From IMG/VR virus record IMGVR_UViG_3300032799_000664, positions 32,001-96,000 of that record: a DNA stretch of 64,000 nt. One strand, 5' to 3'. Made by a program: the position numbers and the translations under genes. The notes beneath the pieces were generated by a model that saw only the letters and a program-made list of their open reading frames with translations, searched no databases and had not been told where the DNA came from. Source of the stretch: a virus. Shown here piece by piece: positions 47,611-57,436 of this stretch (positions within the stretch are counted from its first letter, which is position 1; each line of letters begins with the position of its first letter).

Positions 47611-47798
47611 CGATCCACTTCGTTGCGGCGGGCCGCGGCGGCCGCCTCGAGATGACGTCGAGGAGCTCGCCGGCGGTGAAGAAGGCCTATTTCGCGCGGA
47701 ATTCGCGATAGCGGTTCGATCGGATCCGATCCGGTCGAAGACCGCAGGCCAAAAAGCCGGCGTGGCGCCGGCAGCCTTTTCAGGACGGTACTGGATCG
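47611..47798 (-). ncRNA. retron-like msr/msd unit D
   Basis: IR CGATCCA 47611-47617 / TGGATCG 47792-47798; hairpin GCCGGCG-TGG-CGCCGGC 47756-47772; minus-strand CCT-GAAA-AGG; plus-strand start CTTCGTT. Confidence 0.7.
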
Positions 47799-47828
47799 CA
47801 TGCCGTGCACGGTGGCTACGACACTACA

Positions 47829-48719
47829 CTACGACTGAGGGGTGGCACGCGCGGCATTGATGGCGCGTGTCTTGTCGATGACCTGCTCTTCGCGGGAATC
47901 CGACGTAGGCACAAGTCCTTCTTGATGTGCGCGCACGTCGGTAGAGACGGACATCACCGGCGCGTCGTCGGGTAGATCCGCTTCGATGTGGTGGTAGGCG
48001 GCGCGCATCCGGAACTGGTAGAACCCACGGCGGTTGGCGTCGATGAACGCCGGGTAACCCATGAGCTCGGACAGCTGCGGCACCGACTCGCCGATGCAGT
48101 TCATCTTGTAGAGGATGAACTCGAAGCCCGCGAAAGCGATCGGGAGGTAGTGAACCCGACCGCGTTCGATGTTCGGATCGATGAAGCAGGGGCTGTGCAG
48201 GTAGGCCCGGTGGAGGTCTTCGCTCGTGACCAGTCCGAGGATCGGACCTCGTACGGTATGGAAGACCTTCATCTCCTGGCCGTCCAGCATCGCCTTGGCG
48301 ATCTGATAGACGCCCATCCACACCGACACCTGCTTGAAGTTGTCATCGACTGGGTGGAGCGTCTCCCACTCCGCCTTGTCAGCTTCCCACTGCGCCCGCG
48401 CATCCTTGGTCGCCTGCCAAGCTACACGCGCTTCTTCCGTGGCATCGGGCACCAGTTCGCCCAGCTGCGATACTTCCGGCTTCGGGAACGGCGGTGGCGT
48501 CACCGCCTCCACCTTGATGATGGCCTCCGCTGGCACCTTGACCAGGTCGTCGTTCGACATGATACGCGTCTCGCCACGCTTACCGATCACGAAGCGTATC
48601 AACTCCAGCTTGTGGCCGCCGACCTCCGCTTCGACGGTCTCAGCTTCATTCAGTGGCGACTTCTTGGATTTCGGATCGGAACTCGTCGTCCGTGACGACT
48701 TCGTCTTCCCCTTGCTCAT
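47829..48719 (-). CDS. hypothetical protein immediately upstream of the ncRNA array
   Basis: MSKGKTKSS..., AGGAG RBS, 296 aa. Confidence 0.7.
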   Translation of the reverse strand: MSKGKTKSSRTTSSDPKSKKSPLNEAETVEAEVGGHKLELIRFVIGKRGETRIMSNDDLVKVPAEAIIKVEAVTPPPFPKPEVSQLGELVPDATEEARVAWQATKDARAQWEADKAEWETLHPVDDNFKQVSVWMGVYQIAKAMLDGQEMKVFHTVRGPILGLVTSEDLHRAYLHSPCFIDPNIERGRVHYLPIAFAGFEFILYKMNCIGESVPQLSELMGYPAFIDANRRGFYQFRMRAAYHHIEADLPDDAPVMSVSTDVRAHQEGLVPTSDSREEQVIDKTRAINAARATPQS

Positions 48720-51700
48720 CGAGGTCTCCTGTGGTGGTAGTGGGTGCCGGCAGTGGATGTTTCTCGAGGTACTTCTTGATGTCAACCGTTTCGCCGTAGC
48801 TCGGTCCAACTTCCACGTCCCACAGGAAAGGCACCGGGAGCCAAGGACAAGCTTCGGCAACACGGCGCGTCCCGTACTCACGCATCACCTCGGGCACCTG
48901 AGAGACGTACTGTGGCGGCACGCTGAAGACGAGACTGTCGTGTACCGTCGCATGGAAGAAGCCCCGCAGATCACGAGAGATGACCGGAAAGACTTGGTTG
49001 AGGACCCACAGCACGATGTCACTGCTGGTCGACTGGATCTTGAAGTTGACGGCTTGACGAAAGCAGCGTGAAGCGAAGGATTGGCGATCCGCCAACGGGA
49101 ACCGGCGCTTCCGCCCCGTGTAGGTGTAGATGTTGTGGAACGCCTTGACCTCAATCTCAGTCGCCTGGATGTAGGCGGGGATCGAAGGATACCGCCGGAA
49201 GAGGCCGTCGATGACCTTCTGGGCTTCGTCCTTGCTGATACCAGCAGTCTCAGCAATCTTCGCAGCCTGCGCCCCGTAGAGCGTACCGAACACGACACGC
49301 TTGGTGTTGGTGCGCTGCTTGACCACGGCTTCAGCCACGGCCAGCGCGGCGACGTCCTCCGCAGACAGCTTCAACCCAGTCTTGGCGAGCTCGATCTTGC
49401 GGTCGACGATGTCATCGAGCGTCTGTCGCTGCTGCTCGATGTAGGCATACGTGAAGCGATCGGGGTAGACCTCCGCAGTGAAGTAGGAGTGAGTATCGAG
49501 ACCGTCGTTGATGGACTTGATGAGCTCGGCGTCGTTCGAATAGGCGGCGAAGAGCCGTACCTCGGCGCCCTTCGCATCGACGTTGCAGAGCACGTGGCCT
49601 TCGAGCGGGATGAAGATCTTCTTGATGTTGACGTCGGCCAGCTTCTTCGGGATGTTCTGCATGTTCTCACCTGAAGAGCTGGTCCGTCCTGTACACGTCC
49701 CGACGAGATGGAAACTCGGGTGCATACGGCCATCGATGACTGCGTGCTCACGCACATTCGTGAGGAACGGTGACCGCGCCTTGCACGCTTTACGATGCCG
49801 TACCAGGAGGCGAGGGAAGTCGTACTTGTACGTGTTGGCCACGTACAGCAGAGCCTTCTCGTCAGCTTTGATCTGTCCCTTCGGAGTACGGGCAATCTTC
49901 GCACTGCCCGCATCAACACGAACCTTGGCGCCTTCCTCGTAGAACCCGTCGTTGAAGATGATCCGGATGACCTCCTGGGGGTTTCCCAGAACGAAGCGCT
50001 GTCCCGCGAGCTGGTAGATCTTCTCTTCGGTTTCCCGGGCGACGATCTCCAGCTTCTTGTCGAGTTCCTCCAGGTAGCCCAAGTCCACCGGGAAACCGGT
50101 GTACTCCATCGCCGCCAGTGTCTGGCTCGTGGGGAGTACGTGCTCCCGCATGAGTCGGCGTACTGGTGCCGGCGGCGGCGCAGCTTGTAGCGATGCGCGC
50201 AGCGTCACGTCGTTGGCGTACTCCGTGTCCAGGCGCTTGTGCTGATGAAGGACGTGTTGGCGAGTCACATCGGCGTCAACGGCCGCGTACAACTCCAACT
50301 GCGGCAGTGGGATCATGGTGTAGTCGAAAGGCAACTGATGCACAGGTTCTTCCGGCGGATGTGGCCGCAGTGGCGCCTTCGGCTTCTTGTCCAACACCGA
50401 TTGCCGGATGCGGCGCAGTTCTCGGTTGGTCTCGCCGGTCTTGCGCGCTGCCGCGGCCCGAGCTTTCTCGGCCGTGAACTTCTCGCGCCACTTCGACAAC
50501 GTAGCGTCATAGCTGGCGCGTTCCTGCTCGTAGGCGGTCTGCTGCGTCGTGTACTCCACCAGCGCATGCTGGTACTGATCGACGGCACGGCGGAACGCTT
50601 TGTTGGCCTGTGCGCGGGTCATGCTGCCGTGCGTCTCGCGCAGCTCCGCCACCTTGTCCTCGTAGCCTGCGTAGGCAGGTAGGCGAACCCGGGTGAGCAT
50701 CTTGAGGCCATACGCACCTTGCTTGTCCTCTTCGAGCAAGTGCTCAGCGCCCATCGTGTCCCACACGAAGTTCTCGAGGGGCCAACCGTAGTGGTGACAG
50801 ATCCCTTGAACGTCGAACTGGCCGTTGTGCAACACCTTCGGCTTCGGACAGGCCAGCACACGTTGCACATGTTGTTTCACCTGCGCCAGTTCTTCCGGCG
50901 ACCACCACGCCTGTGGATGATCGAGGACGATCGAAGTCGCCTTCAGTTCTGCCCAGGCGAACGAGATACAGATGATGCGGAAGTCCGGAGCGTAAGGCTC
51001 CAACGAAGTCGTCTCGGTGTCGACCGAGATCATGTGCTTACCCGGCGGATCACCTTCGTTGGCGTAGTTGATGATCTCGTCGCAGAGGTCCTGCACTTCA
51101 GCCACCGTGTGGGGGAACTGGTAGTGCTGCCGGAGGAACTCTTCGGAATGCCGGTGTTGGTCCAACCGGCCTTCGGCGAGGAGGAACGCATTCTGCAAGT
51201 CGCGCTCCAGCTCACGGAAGAGACCCTGCGTGGCCAGAACTGCTTTGGGCGAGTAGGTGACGTAGACGTTGAAGGGTTTCTCGTGTCGCGGCAATGTAAG
51301 CAGTGATGCCGTGCCGCGCAGGTCATCGAAGCGCATCTTGCTGCGCCCCAAGACACTGCGAGCAGCATCAGCGCCGAAGGCTACGATGATGTCAGGCTGG
51401 ATGCGGATGATGGTTTCTTCGAGACGATGGCGGCAGTGCGCCGTCACTTCCTTCGGTACGCGGTCATCCGTCATGCACTGGACCGCGTAGGTGTAGTAGA
51501 CGCGCAACTTGTCGAGTCGATCCGGCCCGTCGGGTAGCCGCGAATACCGCGCGCGAATTCGGCCGAGTGCCATCCGTACCACGATGCCCGCCCGGTCCTG
51601 AAACGCGTTGCCACCGTGCGGTGACGCGATGGCTGGATGATCACCAACGAACAGGACGCGCGCTTCGTGTTCGCCCGCGTCGGGAACGTAGGCGTAGGCG

Positions 51701-51795
51701 TAGAAAGGACAACTGCTGCAGTGCGCCGGCTTGCCCGCAGCTCGGGCCGGATCGTTGACTTCGGGCCTAGTAGTTGAAGTCGTCATCCTTGACAC
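48646..51795 (-). CDS. polA: family A DNA polymerase with N-terminal UDG-like domain and 3'-5' exonuclease (SPO1-like architecture)
   Basis: SVDTET, HNGQFD, YAAVDAD exonuclease motifs; [21 protein letters not shown]...K...FGTLYG, NFKIQS, TVHDS polymerase motifs. Confidence 0.92.
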   Translation of the reverse strand: MSRMTTSTTRPEVNDPARAAGKPAHCSSCPFYAYAYVPDAGEHEARVLFVGDHPAIASPHGGNAFQDRAGIVVRMALGRIRARYSRLPDGPDRLDKLRVYYTYAVQCMTDDRVPKEVTAHCRHRLEETIIRIQPDIIVAFGADAARSVLGRSKMRFDDLRGTASLLTLPRHEKPFNVYVTYSPKAVLATQGLFRELERDLQNAFLLAEGRLDQHRHSEEFLRQHYQFPHTVAEVQDLCDEIINYANEGDPPGKHMISVDTETTSLEPYAPDFRIICISFAWAELKATSIVLDHPQAWWSPEELAQVKQHVQRVLACPKPKVLHNGQFDVQGICHHYGWPLENFVWDTMGAEHLLEEDKQGAYGLKMLTRVRLPAYAGYEDKVAELRETHGSMTRAQANKAFRRAVDQYQHALVEYTTQQTAYEQERASYDATLSKWREKFTAEKARAAAARKTGETNRELRRIRQSVLDKKPKAPLRPHPPEEPVHQLPFDYTMIPLPQLELYAAVDADVTRQHVLHQHKRLDTEYANDVTLRASLQAAPPPAPVRRLMREHVLPTSQTLAAMEYTGFPVDLGYLEELDKKLEIVARETEEKIYQLAGQRFVLGNPQEVIRIIFNDGFYEEGAKVRVDAGSAKIARTPKGQIKADEKALLYVANTYKYDFPRLLVRHRKACKARSPFLTNVREHAVIDGRMHPSFHLVGTCTGRTSSSGENMQNIPKKLADVNIKKIFIPLEGHVLCNVDAKGAEVRLFAAYSNDAELIKSINDGLDTHSYFTAEVYPDRFTYAYIEQQRQTLDDIVDRKIELAKTGLKLSAEDVAALAVAEAVVKQRTNTKRVVFGTLYGAQAAKIAETAGISKDEAQKVIDGLFRRYPSIPAYIQATEIEVKAFHNIYTYTGRKRRFPLADRQSFASRCFRQAVNFKIQSTSSDIVLWVLNQVFPVISRDLRGFFHATVHDSLVFSVPPQYVSQVPEVMREYGTRRVAEACPWLPVPFLWDVEVGPSYGETVDIKKYLEKHPLPAPTTTTGDLDEQGEDEVVTDDEFRSEIQEVATE

Positions 51796-54700
51796 CCTTC
51801 TTCGGCGGTGGCGTCGAGGTGTCAGACGCGCCGTCGCCTGTGCTTGTACCAGTCCCCGCGGCCTCCTTCTTGCCCAGCACGTCTTCGGGTTTCGAGAACA
51901 CGGCCGTCTTCAGCTGTTCGGCGTACTCCTGTGACATGTCGATGTCCTCCATACCTTTCAACTTGCCCGGAGTACGGGACTGTGCGGCATCGTCGAGGTA
52001 CTCGGTCACCTTGAACGCGGCGACGTTCTCCATGCGACTGCCCCGCGTCATGTAGGGCAAGAGACGATCCAGAGCCCCGCTCTGGCGCAGCGTCTCGTCG
52101 CTGATGTAGTAGTGGTTGCGCACCGAGTGGGCCTTCAACCAGTCTGCTGGCCGGTGGCTGTACTCCTGAACGCTGCTCAGGATCGTGAAGCGCGCCAGGG
52201 CGAAGTCGATGACTATCGCTTCCAGTTCCTTGTCGTAGTAGCAGCCAGAAGCGGTACGGTTGAGGTTCTCCGGGGTGGGACTATTGAGGATCGATCCCAC
52301 CGTTCGCTGCACCGTGTCGCCCATGTCGGGCATACGCACCGCGGGGACTGATAGCACGGTGGTGAGGATGTCCCCGCTCAGCGAGCTACGGGCAATGCGC
52401 GACAAGTAGGTCCGGTTGAGACGGAAGTGGTCACGGAAGAGCACGTCGTACTCGACGCCGGCGTGCTTCATGATCGCCAACGCGCCGTAGTAGTGCTCAC
52501 GACTACGAGAGATGTCGCTGAACTCGACGCCGGCGCCGTACTTGTACTGTTCAGCGACATCGTTGTAGATGCGCCGCAGCGCCCGGAGTTCGCGCCACAT
52601 GATCAATGGCGCATCTTCACGAAGCTTGCGAATGGTGAGCGCACCGAAGGCCTCTAGGAGGAGCACCTCCGGAGTGGGCCGATTCTCCTGCCGATCCATC
52701 TCGATCATGATGGTGCGGGAGAGGTCCTCCGGCAGCTGCGTCTGGCGAATGCCGGCCAACCAGACGGGGTGATGCACGCTGTATTCGACCGGCTGTCCGT
52801 TTACGCTACCTTGGATGGTCCGGCCCGCTTCATTAGCCAATCCCCGGAAGTGCTGTGACAAGCGCTGCACCGTCTGGCTTTTCGGGTCGTGCGCCAAGCC
52901 CTTGTCCTCGAACTCGTCGAGGCACAGCGTGATCGTCGAGTTGTTCATCGCCTGGCGCACACCCGCGACGGTGTAGTTGTCCATCCACAGCGCCGGCTGA
53001 ACGATGTTGATGGCGGGTTTGGAGGTACGTCCGATCAGACCGCCGACGAGGAACGTCTTACCGCTGCTGTGCTCAGCTGTGATCATGAGCAGAGGTTGGC
53101 GGGCGAAGGCGTCGGCAATGAAGCCTTGTAGGATGAACGCGGCCATGAAGTGCGCCGTGTTCTCGTGATGCTTGAAACGCCAACCCGTACTGAGAATCCG
53201 GTAGACCAGATCGTAGAGCTCCCGGAAGGACAATCTCGGCACCCGATTGAAGTCGTCCTCATCCTTGTACAGCGGATAGGCGTCGAGTGGTCGTCGTCCG
53301 TGCTCGGCGTAGATGACGACGTTACCATCGGCCGGGCCGTTGCACTTCCGCCACAACGGGATGTCGCAGTCGCCTTCGTAGGTTCCCTTGAAGAGACTCA
53401 TTCCCTTTACCGCGTAAAGGGTCGTGGTCGTCTTGTCGTCTTCGTCAGTCGTGTCAATGACGTGCGTGCCTGCGCTGATGGTCTTCACCTGCGACGTACC
53501 CGGCAGTGCATTGGCGAGGCGTTGAACCGCCCACTGCACGTAGGGCTCGAGTATGCGGACGCGGTCCGCATAGAAGACCTCGCCTTTGGCCACGCTCTCG
53601 GCGTACGACATGATGAAGGCAGGTTCGCCGACTTCGTTGCGGATGAAGAGATAGATGTCCTTGCCGCGAGACAGCGCCGCGACCTGTGCTGCCAGCCGCT
53701 TCGGTTCGTTGAGGGGCAGGTCGTAGAGGGTGTCGGTGATGCGGTCGTAGACCCGCAGCATCGAATTGTTGCCTTCACGTAGCCAGTCGAGGACCGATAG
53801 TCGCGCTGCCAGCACACCGCGGATGCGCTCGATGAACGCCTCCTCGTGCTCGTCGGTCGAGGCCATCTTGCTGAGGATCATGCCGACGTTGACGGTGTGG
53901 TGGACGCGCTGGATGTCCTCGACGTAGGCCTGCTGCTCCGCGGTGTCGCGGACGTAGATACCCCACTTGGAGGCGCGGTTGGTCAGCTGGCTGACGTCGA
54001 GGGGATCGATCCCGACCATCTCCGACAAGGCGCGTTCGGCCGCCCACTTGTAGGGGAGCTGGTAGTTCGACGGGTCGCGCAGCGCCGTCTGCACGGTGTT
54101 GAGGCCGAACGCTTTCATCGCGTCGTCCGGGTCGATCTTGTCCTGGCCCGGGATGGTGAACGCCGCCGGCCAGGTGAAGATGCGCAGCCCCAGGTGGAAG
54201 GTCTTCTCCAGCACGCTCTTCACGAACTCGTTGCCGCCGGGATCGTTGTCGCCGACGATGTAGGCGATCTCGAAGCCGAACTCCTTGAGGTAGTCGAGCC
54301 CATCGATGGCACCGCCGCCGCCGCTGAAGCAGACGAAGCCGATATTGGGCGGTACCGTGTCGAATTGCCGGGTGGCGATGCTGAGCATGTCGAACTCGCC
54401 TTCGACGACGACGCAGCTCTTCTGCGTCTGGGCATCGATCATGCGGCCGTAGGGCGGGCAGCCGTAGAGGCCGAACATGCCGCGGCGGTCCTCGGTCTCG
54501 TCCTTGACCCATTGCACCAGCTTGGCGTCCTCAGTGCTGAAGATGCCGTTCGGGAGCAGCGTCGGCACCGCCCGGATCTTGACGTGGCTCGGGAGGTCGG
54601 GCGTGTCGCCGGTGAAGTACAGCACCGCGCCCTGCCACAGACTCGGATTGGTGAAGAAAGACTCGAGGTAGTCCTTGGCCAGCTCCCACATCTGGTCCTT

Positions 54701-55372
54701 GTCGAGGTTCTCCTTCTCGGCCCGGTCCTTGAGGAGCTGCTCCAGCTCCATCGACGGCAGTAGCATGCCGAGGGGCAGCTCGGAGTACCAGTTCGGCGCC
54801 GAACGCGGGATGCCACGGTAGTCGAGGTACCGCACCGTGCGCGCGGCGTAGCCGTAGCGCGGGTCACTCGACGCGGCGTCGTAGCCGACGCGGTCGTAGA
54901 GCTTCGCCACTGCGCTCAGCTCCGCGTTGCTGACCAGGTGCAGCAGCCGCTTCATGGTGCGGCGCCGCCACTGCACGCTGAGCCCGTTGATGACCTTCGC
55001 CGGGAAGTCCTTGAGCCCGTACGTGTCCTTCAGGTCGATCATGGCGTCGACGTAGGTCGTCGCCTTGCCGGCCTTGGTCTTGAGCGCCGCCACGAAGGTG
55101 ATCGGGTTCCAGAAGAACGCCTTGCACCCGAAGCACTTGGCGTAGTGCTTCTCGAAGTCGATGGTGAACGACGGGGACTTCTCGTCGTGGAAGGGGCACA
55201 GGCCCATGATGCGCGGCCCCTTGCGCACCCAGTTCTGCGCCCCGGCGGCGTTCTTCACGTAGCCGAGCCACTGATCGGGCGTGATGTCGTTCCAGACGCG
55301 CTTGATCGAAGCGACGCCGATCCTCTTCAGGGTCTGCGGATCCGTAGGCCCCGTGTTCTTCTTCCCAGGCAT
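51767..55372 (-). CDS. DNA primase (CHC2 Zn finger + TOPRIM) fused to a C-terminal P-loop helicase-like domain
   Basis: [11 protein letters not shown]...CFGC, VVEGEFD, GDNDPGG, IDPDD; AEHSSGKT Walker A, LCLDEFE Walker B. Confidence 0.85.
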   Translation of the reverse strand: MPGKKNTGPTDPQTLKRIGVASIKRVWNDITPDQWLGYVKNAAGAQNWVRKGPRIMGLCPFHDEKSPSFTIDFEKHYAKCFGCKAFFWNPITFVAALKTKAGKATTYVDAMIDLKDTYGLKDFPAKVINGLSVQWRRRTMKRLLHLVSNAELSAVAKLYDRVGYDAASSDPRYGYAARTVRYLDYRGIPRSAPNWYSELPLGMLLPSMELEQLLKDRAEKENLDKDQMWELAKDYLESFFTNPSLWQGAVLYFTGDTPDLPSHVKIRAVPTLLPNGIFSTEDAKLVQWVKDETEDRRGMFGLYGCPPYGRMIDAQTQKSCVVVEGEFDMLSIATRQFDTVPPNIGFVCFSGGGGAIDGLDYLKEFGFEIAYIVGDNDPGGNEFVKSVLEKTFHLGLRIFTWPAAFTIPGQDKIDPDDAMKAFGLNTVQTALRDPSNYQLPYKWAAERALSEMVGIDPLDVSQLTNRASKWGIYVRDTAEQQAYVEDIQRVHHTVNVGMILSKMASTDEHEEAFIERIRGVLAARLSVLDWLREGNNSMLRVYDRITDTLYDLPLNEPKRLAAQVAALSRGKDIYLFIRNEVGEPAFIMSYAESVAKGEVFYADRVRILEPYVQWAVQRLANALPGTSQVKTISAGTHVIDTTDEDDKTTTTLYAVKGMSLFKGTYEGDCDIPLWRKCNGPADGNVVIYAEHGRRPLDAYPLYKDEDDFNRVPRLSFRELYDLVYRILSTGWRFKHHENTAHFMAAFILQGFIADAFARQPLLMITAEHSSGKTFLVGGLIGRTSKPAINIVQPALWMDNYTVAGVRQAMNNSTITLCLDEFEDKGLAHDPKSQTVQRLSQHFRGLANEAGRTIQGSVNGQPVEYSVHHPVWLAGIRQTQLPEDLSRTIMIEMDRQENRPTPEVLLLEAFGALTIRKLREDAPLIMWRELRALRRIYNDVAEQYKYGAGVEFSDISRSREHYYGALAIMKHAGVEYDVLFRDHFRLNRTYLSRIARSSLSGDILTTVLSVPAVRMPDMGDTVQRTVGSILNSPTPENLNRTASGCYYDKELEAIVIDFALARFTILSSVQEYSHRPADWLKAHSVRNHYYISDETLRQSGALDRLLPYMTRGSRMENVAAFKVTEYLDDAAQSRTPGKLKGMEDIDMSQEYAEQLKTAVFSKPEDVLGKKEAAGTGTSTGDGASDTSTPPPKKGVKDDDFNY
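53405..53419. promoter_or_regulatory. palindrome CTTTAC-CGC-GTAAAG (site 7, intragenic)
   Basis: CCCTTTACCGCGTAAAGGG with 8-bp arms inside the primase gene. Confidence 0.55.
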
Positions 55373-55413
55373 GCAACCTCCTGGCGCGGAGGTGCCCCCT
55401 TAGCGAAGCAGTA

Positions 55414-56202
55414 TCACTTCGTCATGGCCGGGCACATGAGTTGGTAGCCACACGACTTGCATCGCCAGCACGGGTGTGGTTCACCAGCGGCGGCGACCTC
55501 TGCTGCTTGGGTGAGGCAGACTTCGATCTCTTCTCGAATGCGAGTACGCAGCACCGGCAGTGGATACTCCGGTGCCCAGACGGTACGGTTGCCGTGCTCG
55601 TCTGGATCTTTGCTCAGGTAGTGAAGTCCAGTGCGAATGCTCTTGAGGTTCGGTCGATGAGCATCAGCGAACAAGCTGTACAGCTTCAGCTGATGTGCGT
55701 GCCGGTCTACGGGCAACGGCAGTCCGGTCTTGTGATCGAGGATGACCGCGACGGGATGTCGTGTGTAAATGAGAAAGTCGATGCGCCCGCGTACCAGGGC
55801 ATCCGGCGCCTTATAGCCGGTGAGCGTGAAGTCGTCCTTCAGCGCTATCTCGGCTTCGAACAACATCTCCTGGGTTCCATGCGCCTGGTTGAAGCGCTCC
55901 ACCCAAGCGATGAAGTCCTTCACGGCGTTTCGGAAGGTGCGCACCCGCAACGCCATTTCATGCGTCAGCTCGTAGGATTCCAGAGCTTGCTGCAGCGCTC
56001 GATCGACGCTTATCTTCCCCTGCAAGGACCATTCGAGGATGTGGTGAACCGCTGAACCCACGGTCATCGCCTCAGAAGAGGCCACCAGCTCCTTCTCGTG
56101 CAGGACGTACTTCTGGCGAAAAGCGAAGGGACAGTCCAGCGCCAAGTCGAGCATCGATGGTGACCAGGGCGCTAACTTTCGAGCGGCGGCAGATACGGAC
56201 AT
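55414..56202 (-). CDS. PD-(D/E)XK nuclease (RecB/Cas4-like)
   Basis: SPS.L....CP, GSAVH..LE, RGRID, LDHKTG, QLKLY, C-terminal CWRCKSC...C. Confidence 0.85.
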   Translation of the reverse strand: MSVSAAARKLAPWSPSMLDLALDCPFAFRQKYVLHEKELVASSEAMTVGSAVHHILEWSLQGKISVDRALQQALESYELTHEMALRVRTFRNAVKDFIAWVERFNQAHGTQEMLFEAEIALKDDFTLTGYKAPDALVRGRIDFLIYTRHPVAVILDHKTGLPLPVDRHAHQLKLYSLFADAHRPNLKSIRTGLHYLSKDPDEHGNRTVWAPEYPLPVLRTRIREEIEVCLTQAAEVAAAGEPHPCWRCKSCGYQLMCPAMTK

Positions 56203-56228
56203 GACGGGCCTCCACGGGGACACATACA

Positions 56229-56278
56229 CCGGTGGACGTCGTGCCGAGTCGCGAGCAGCAAGGCACGACGTCCACCGG
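56229..56278. repeat. 17-bp perfect inverted repeat
   Basis: CCGGTGGACGTCGTGCC-N16-GGCACGACGTCCACCGG between the SSB-like and nuclease genes. Confidence 0.8.
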
Positions 56279-56286
56279 CTCCGGAG

Positions 56287-57312
56287 CTAGAAGCCCTTCG
56301 TCACGTCGGGATTGTCACCGCCCGGGCTGCTCGGGCTGCTGATGCCCAATCCGGCCATGTCGACGTTCTCATCGACTGCCGACGCCTGGGGACCACGATT
56401 CATGGTGGTCTGCCAGTGCTGCTTGAGGAACGCTTGGCGTTCACCGCGGAGCATCTGGTAGAGCGTCGCCGCCGACTCGCGGATGTGCGTGGGCGACGGT
56501 TGATTCGCGGACGACACGGCGAAGATGTGATAGTCCGGTCCCTTGTCGGAGCGCTGCACCGACGTCTCCAGGCTCAGCCAGCGATCCCAGATGGCGTCGC
56601 CTTCACTGGCCAGTTGGTTCACACGGCTGCCCGCCTTGCGGCTCGACTTGGCGAACTCGAGCTTGTACAGCCGCAGGTTCTGCGCGAGGACGATGTACGT
56701 CAGGACGTTGTCGCAGTCCGTCTTCTTCCCGGTGTTGTTCTTGCCCATCGGCAGGTACTGGCACTTCATGCAGTCACCGAACATGGTGCCGAGCTTCGCA
56801 TCGAATGCGACGCAAACGGGGCGACCAAGCGTGCCGTCCTGCGGGAACATCCGGTTCATCTCGAACCCGTAGAGCGGCACGAAGCGGAAGGGCTTGTCCA
56901 CCTTCGAACCGAACGAGGTGTAGAGGTCCCCGTTCTGGCAGCCTTCGGGGCGCTGCTTCGAAACCGCCTGGAGAATCCAGACGGTCGGAACCACGAATCC
57001 CTTGGCCATCTCCTCCAACCCCTCCTTCATGGGGTTGACGGAGCGCAGCAGCGAGTGGATCTGCTCCTGCTCAGCACCGCTGTACTTCGCGGCGATCGCC
57101 TGCAGCTGCGCCATCGCGGTGTCCTTCGCCGCGGTGAACGCTTCCATGTAGGCGTCCTTGGAGGGTGCGACGATCAGCGCCTGGTCACCGTTGTTGCCGG
57201 CGGCCGGCGCCGGCATAGCTGACACCTCGGCGACCGGCGCTTCGACCGGTGGTGGAGTTGCGGACTGCGGCGTGGTGGTCGTGGACGGAACAGTGTCTTT
57301 GGACTTTGACAT
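56287..57312 (-). CDS. putative ssDNA-binding / recombination accessory protein
   Basis: position in replication cluster; AAGGAG RBS; flexible C-terminal tail ending in F; no diagnostic motif. Confidence 0.45.
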   Translation of the reverse strand: MSKSKDTVPSTTTTPQSATPPPVEAPVAEVSAMPAPAAGNNGDQALIVAPSKDAYMEAFTAAKDTAMAQLQAIAAKYSGAEQEQIHSLLRSVNPMKEGLEEMAKGFVVPTVWILQAVSKQRPEGCQNGDLYTSFGSKVDKPFRFVPLYGFEMNRMFPQDGTLGRPVCVAFDAKLGTMFGDCMKCQYLPMGKNNTGKKTDCDNVLTYIVLAQNLRLYKLEFAKSSRKAGSRVNQLASEGDAIWDRWLSLETSVQRSDKGPDYHIFAVSSANQPSPTHIRESAATLYQMLRGERQAFLKQHWQTTMNRGPQASAVDENVDMAGLGISSPSSPGGDNPDVTKGF

Positions 57313-57340
57313 CTTGAGTCTCCTTGTTGAGAAGGTCCTC

Positions 57341-57386
57341 ACGTTACCGTTGTGACACCAGTAGCGTCAAGCAGATCCTCTTTACG
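57341..57386 (-). promoter_or_regulatory. sigma70-like promoter TTGACG-N18-TAACGT with upstream CGTAAAGAG half-site
   Basis: -35 at 57365-57370, -10 at 57341-57346, half-site at 57378-57386. Confidence 0.6.
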
Positions 57387-57436
57387 GGAAGAGGACTTCT
57401 CACGGCTGTAAAGCCGTGATACGCTTGGACAACGCC

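Noticed and set aside
46994-47798. CRISPR array, tRNA cluster or simple terminators
   Set aside because: No identical 25-45 bp repeats with regular spacers, no cloverleaf with a T-loop motif, and the repeated architecture is far more complex than hairpin plus U-tract
47440-47812. Long-range pairing CCGTGCAC (47440-47447) with GTGCACGG (47805-47812) as a fifth a1/a2 pair
   Set aside because: The downstream copy is self-palindromic and the CTWCGWT motif is not directly adjacent; may be chance
47209-47860. Short ORFs inside the ncRNA array
   Set aside because: No good RBS or protein-like composition; the region is better explained by nucleic-acid structure
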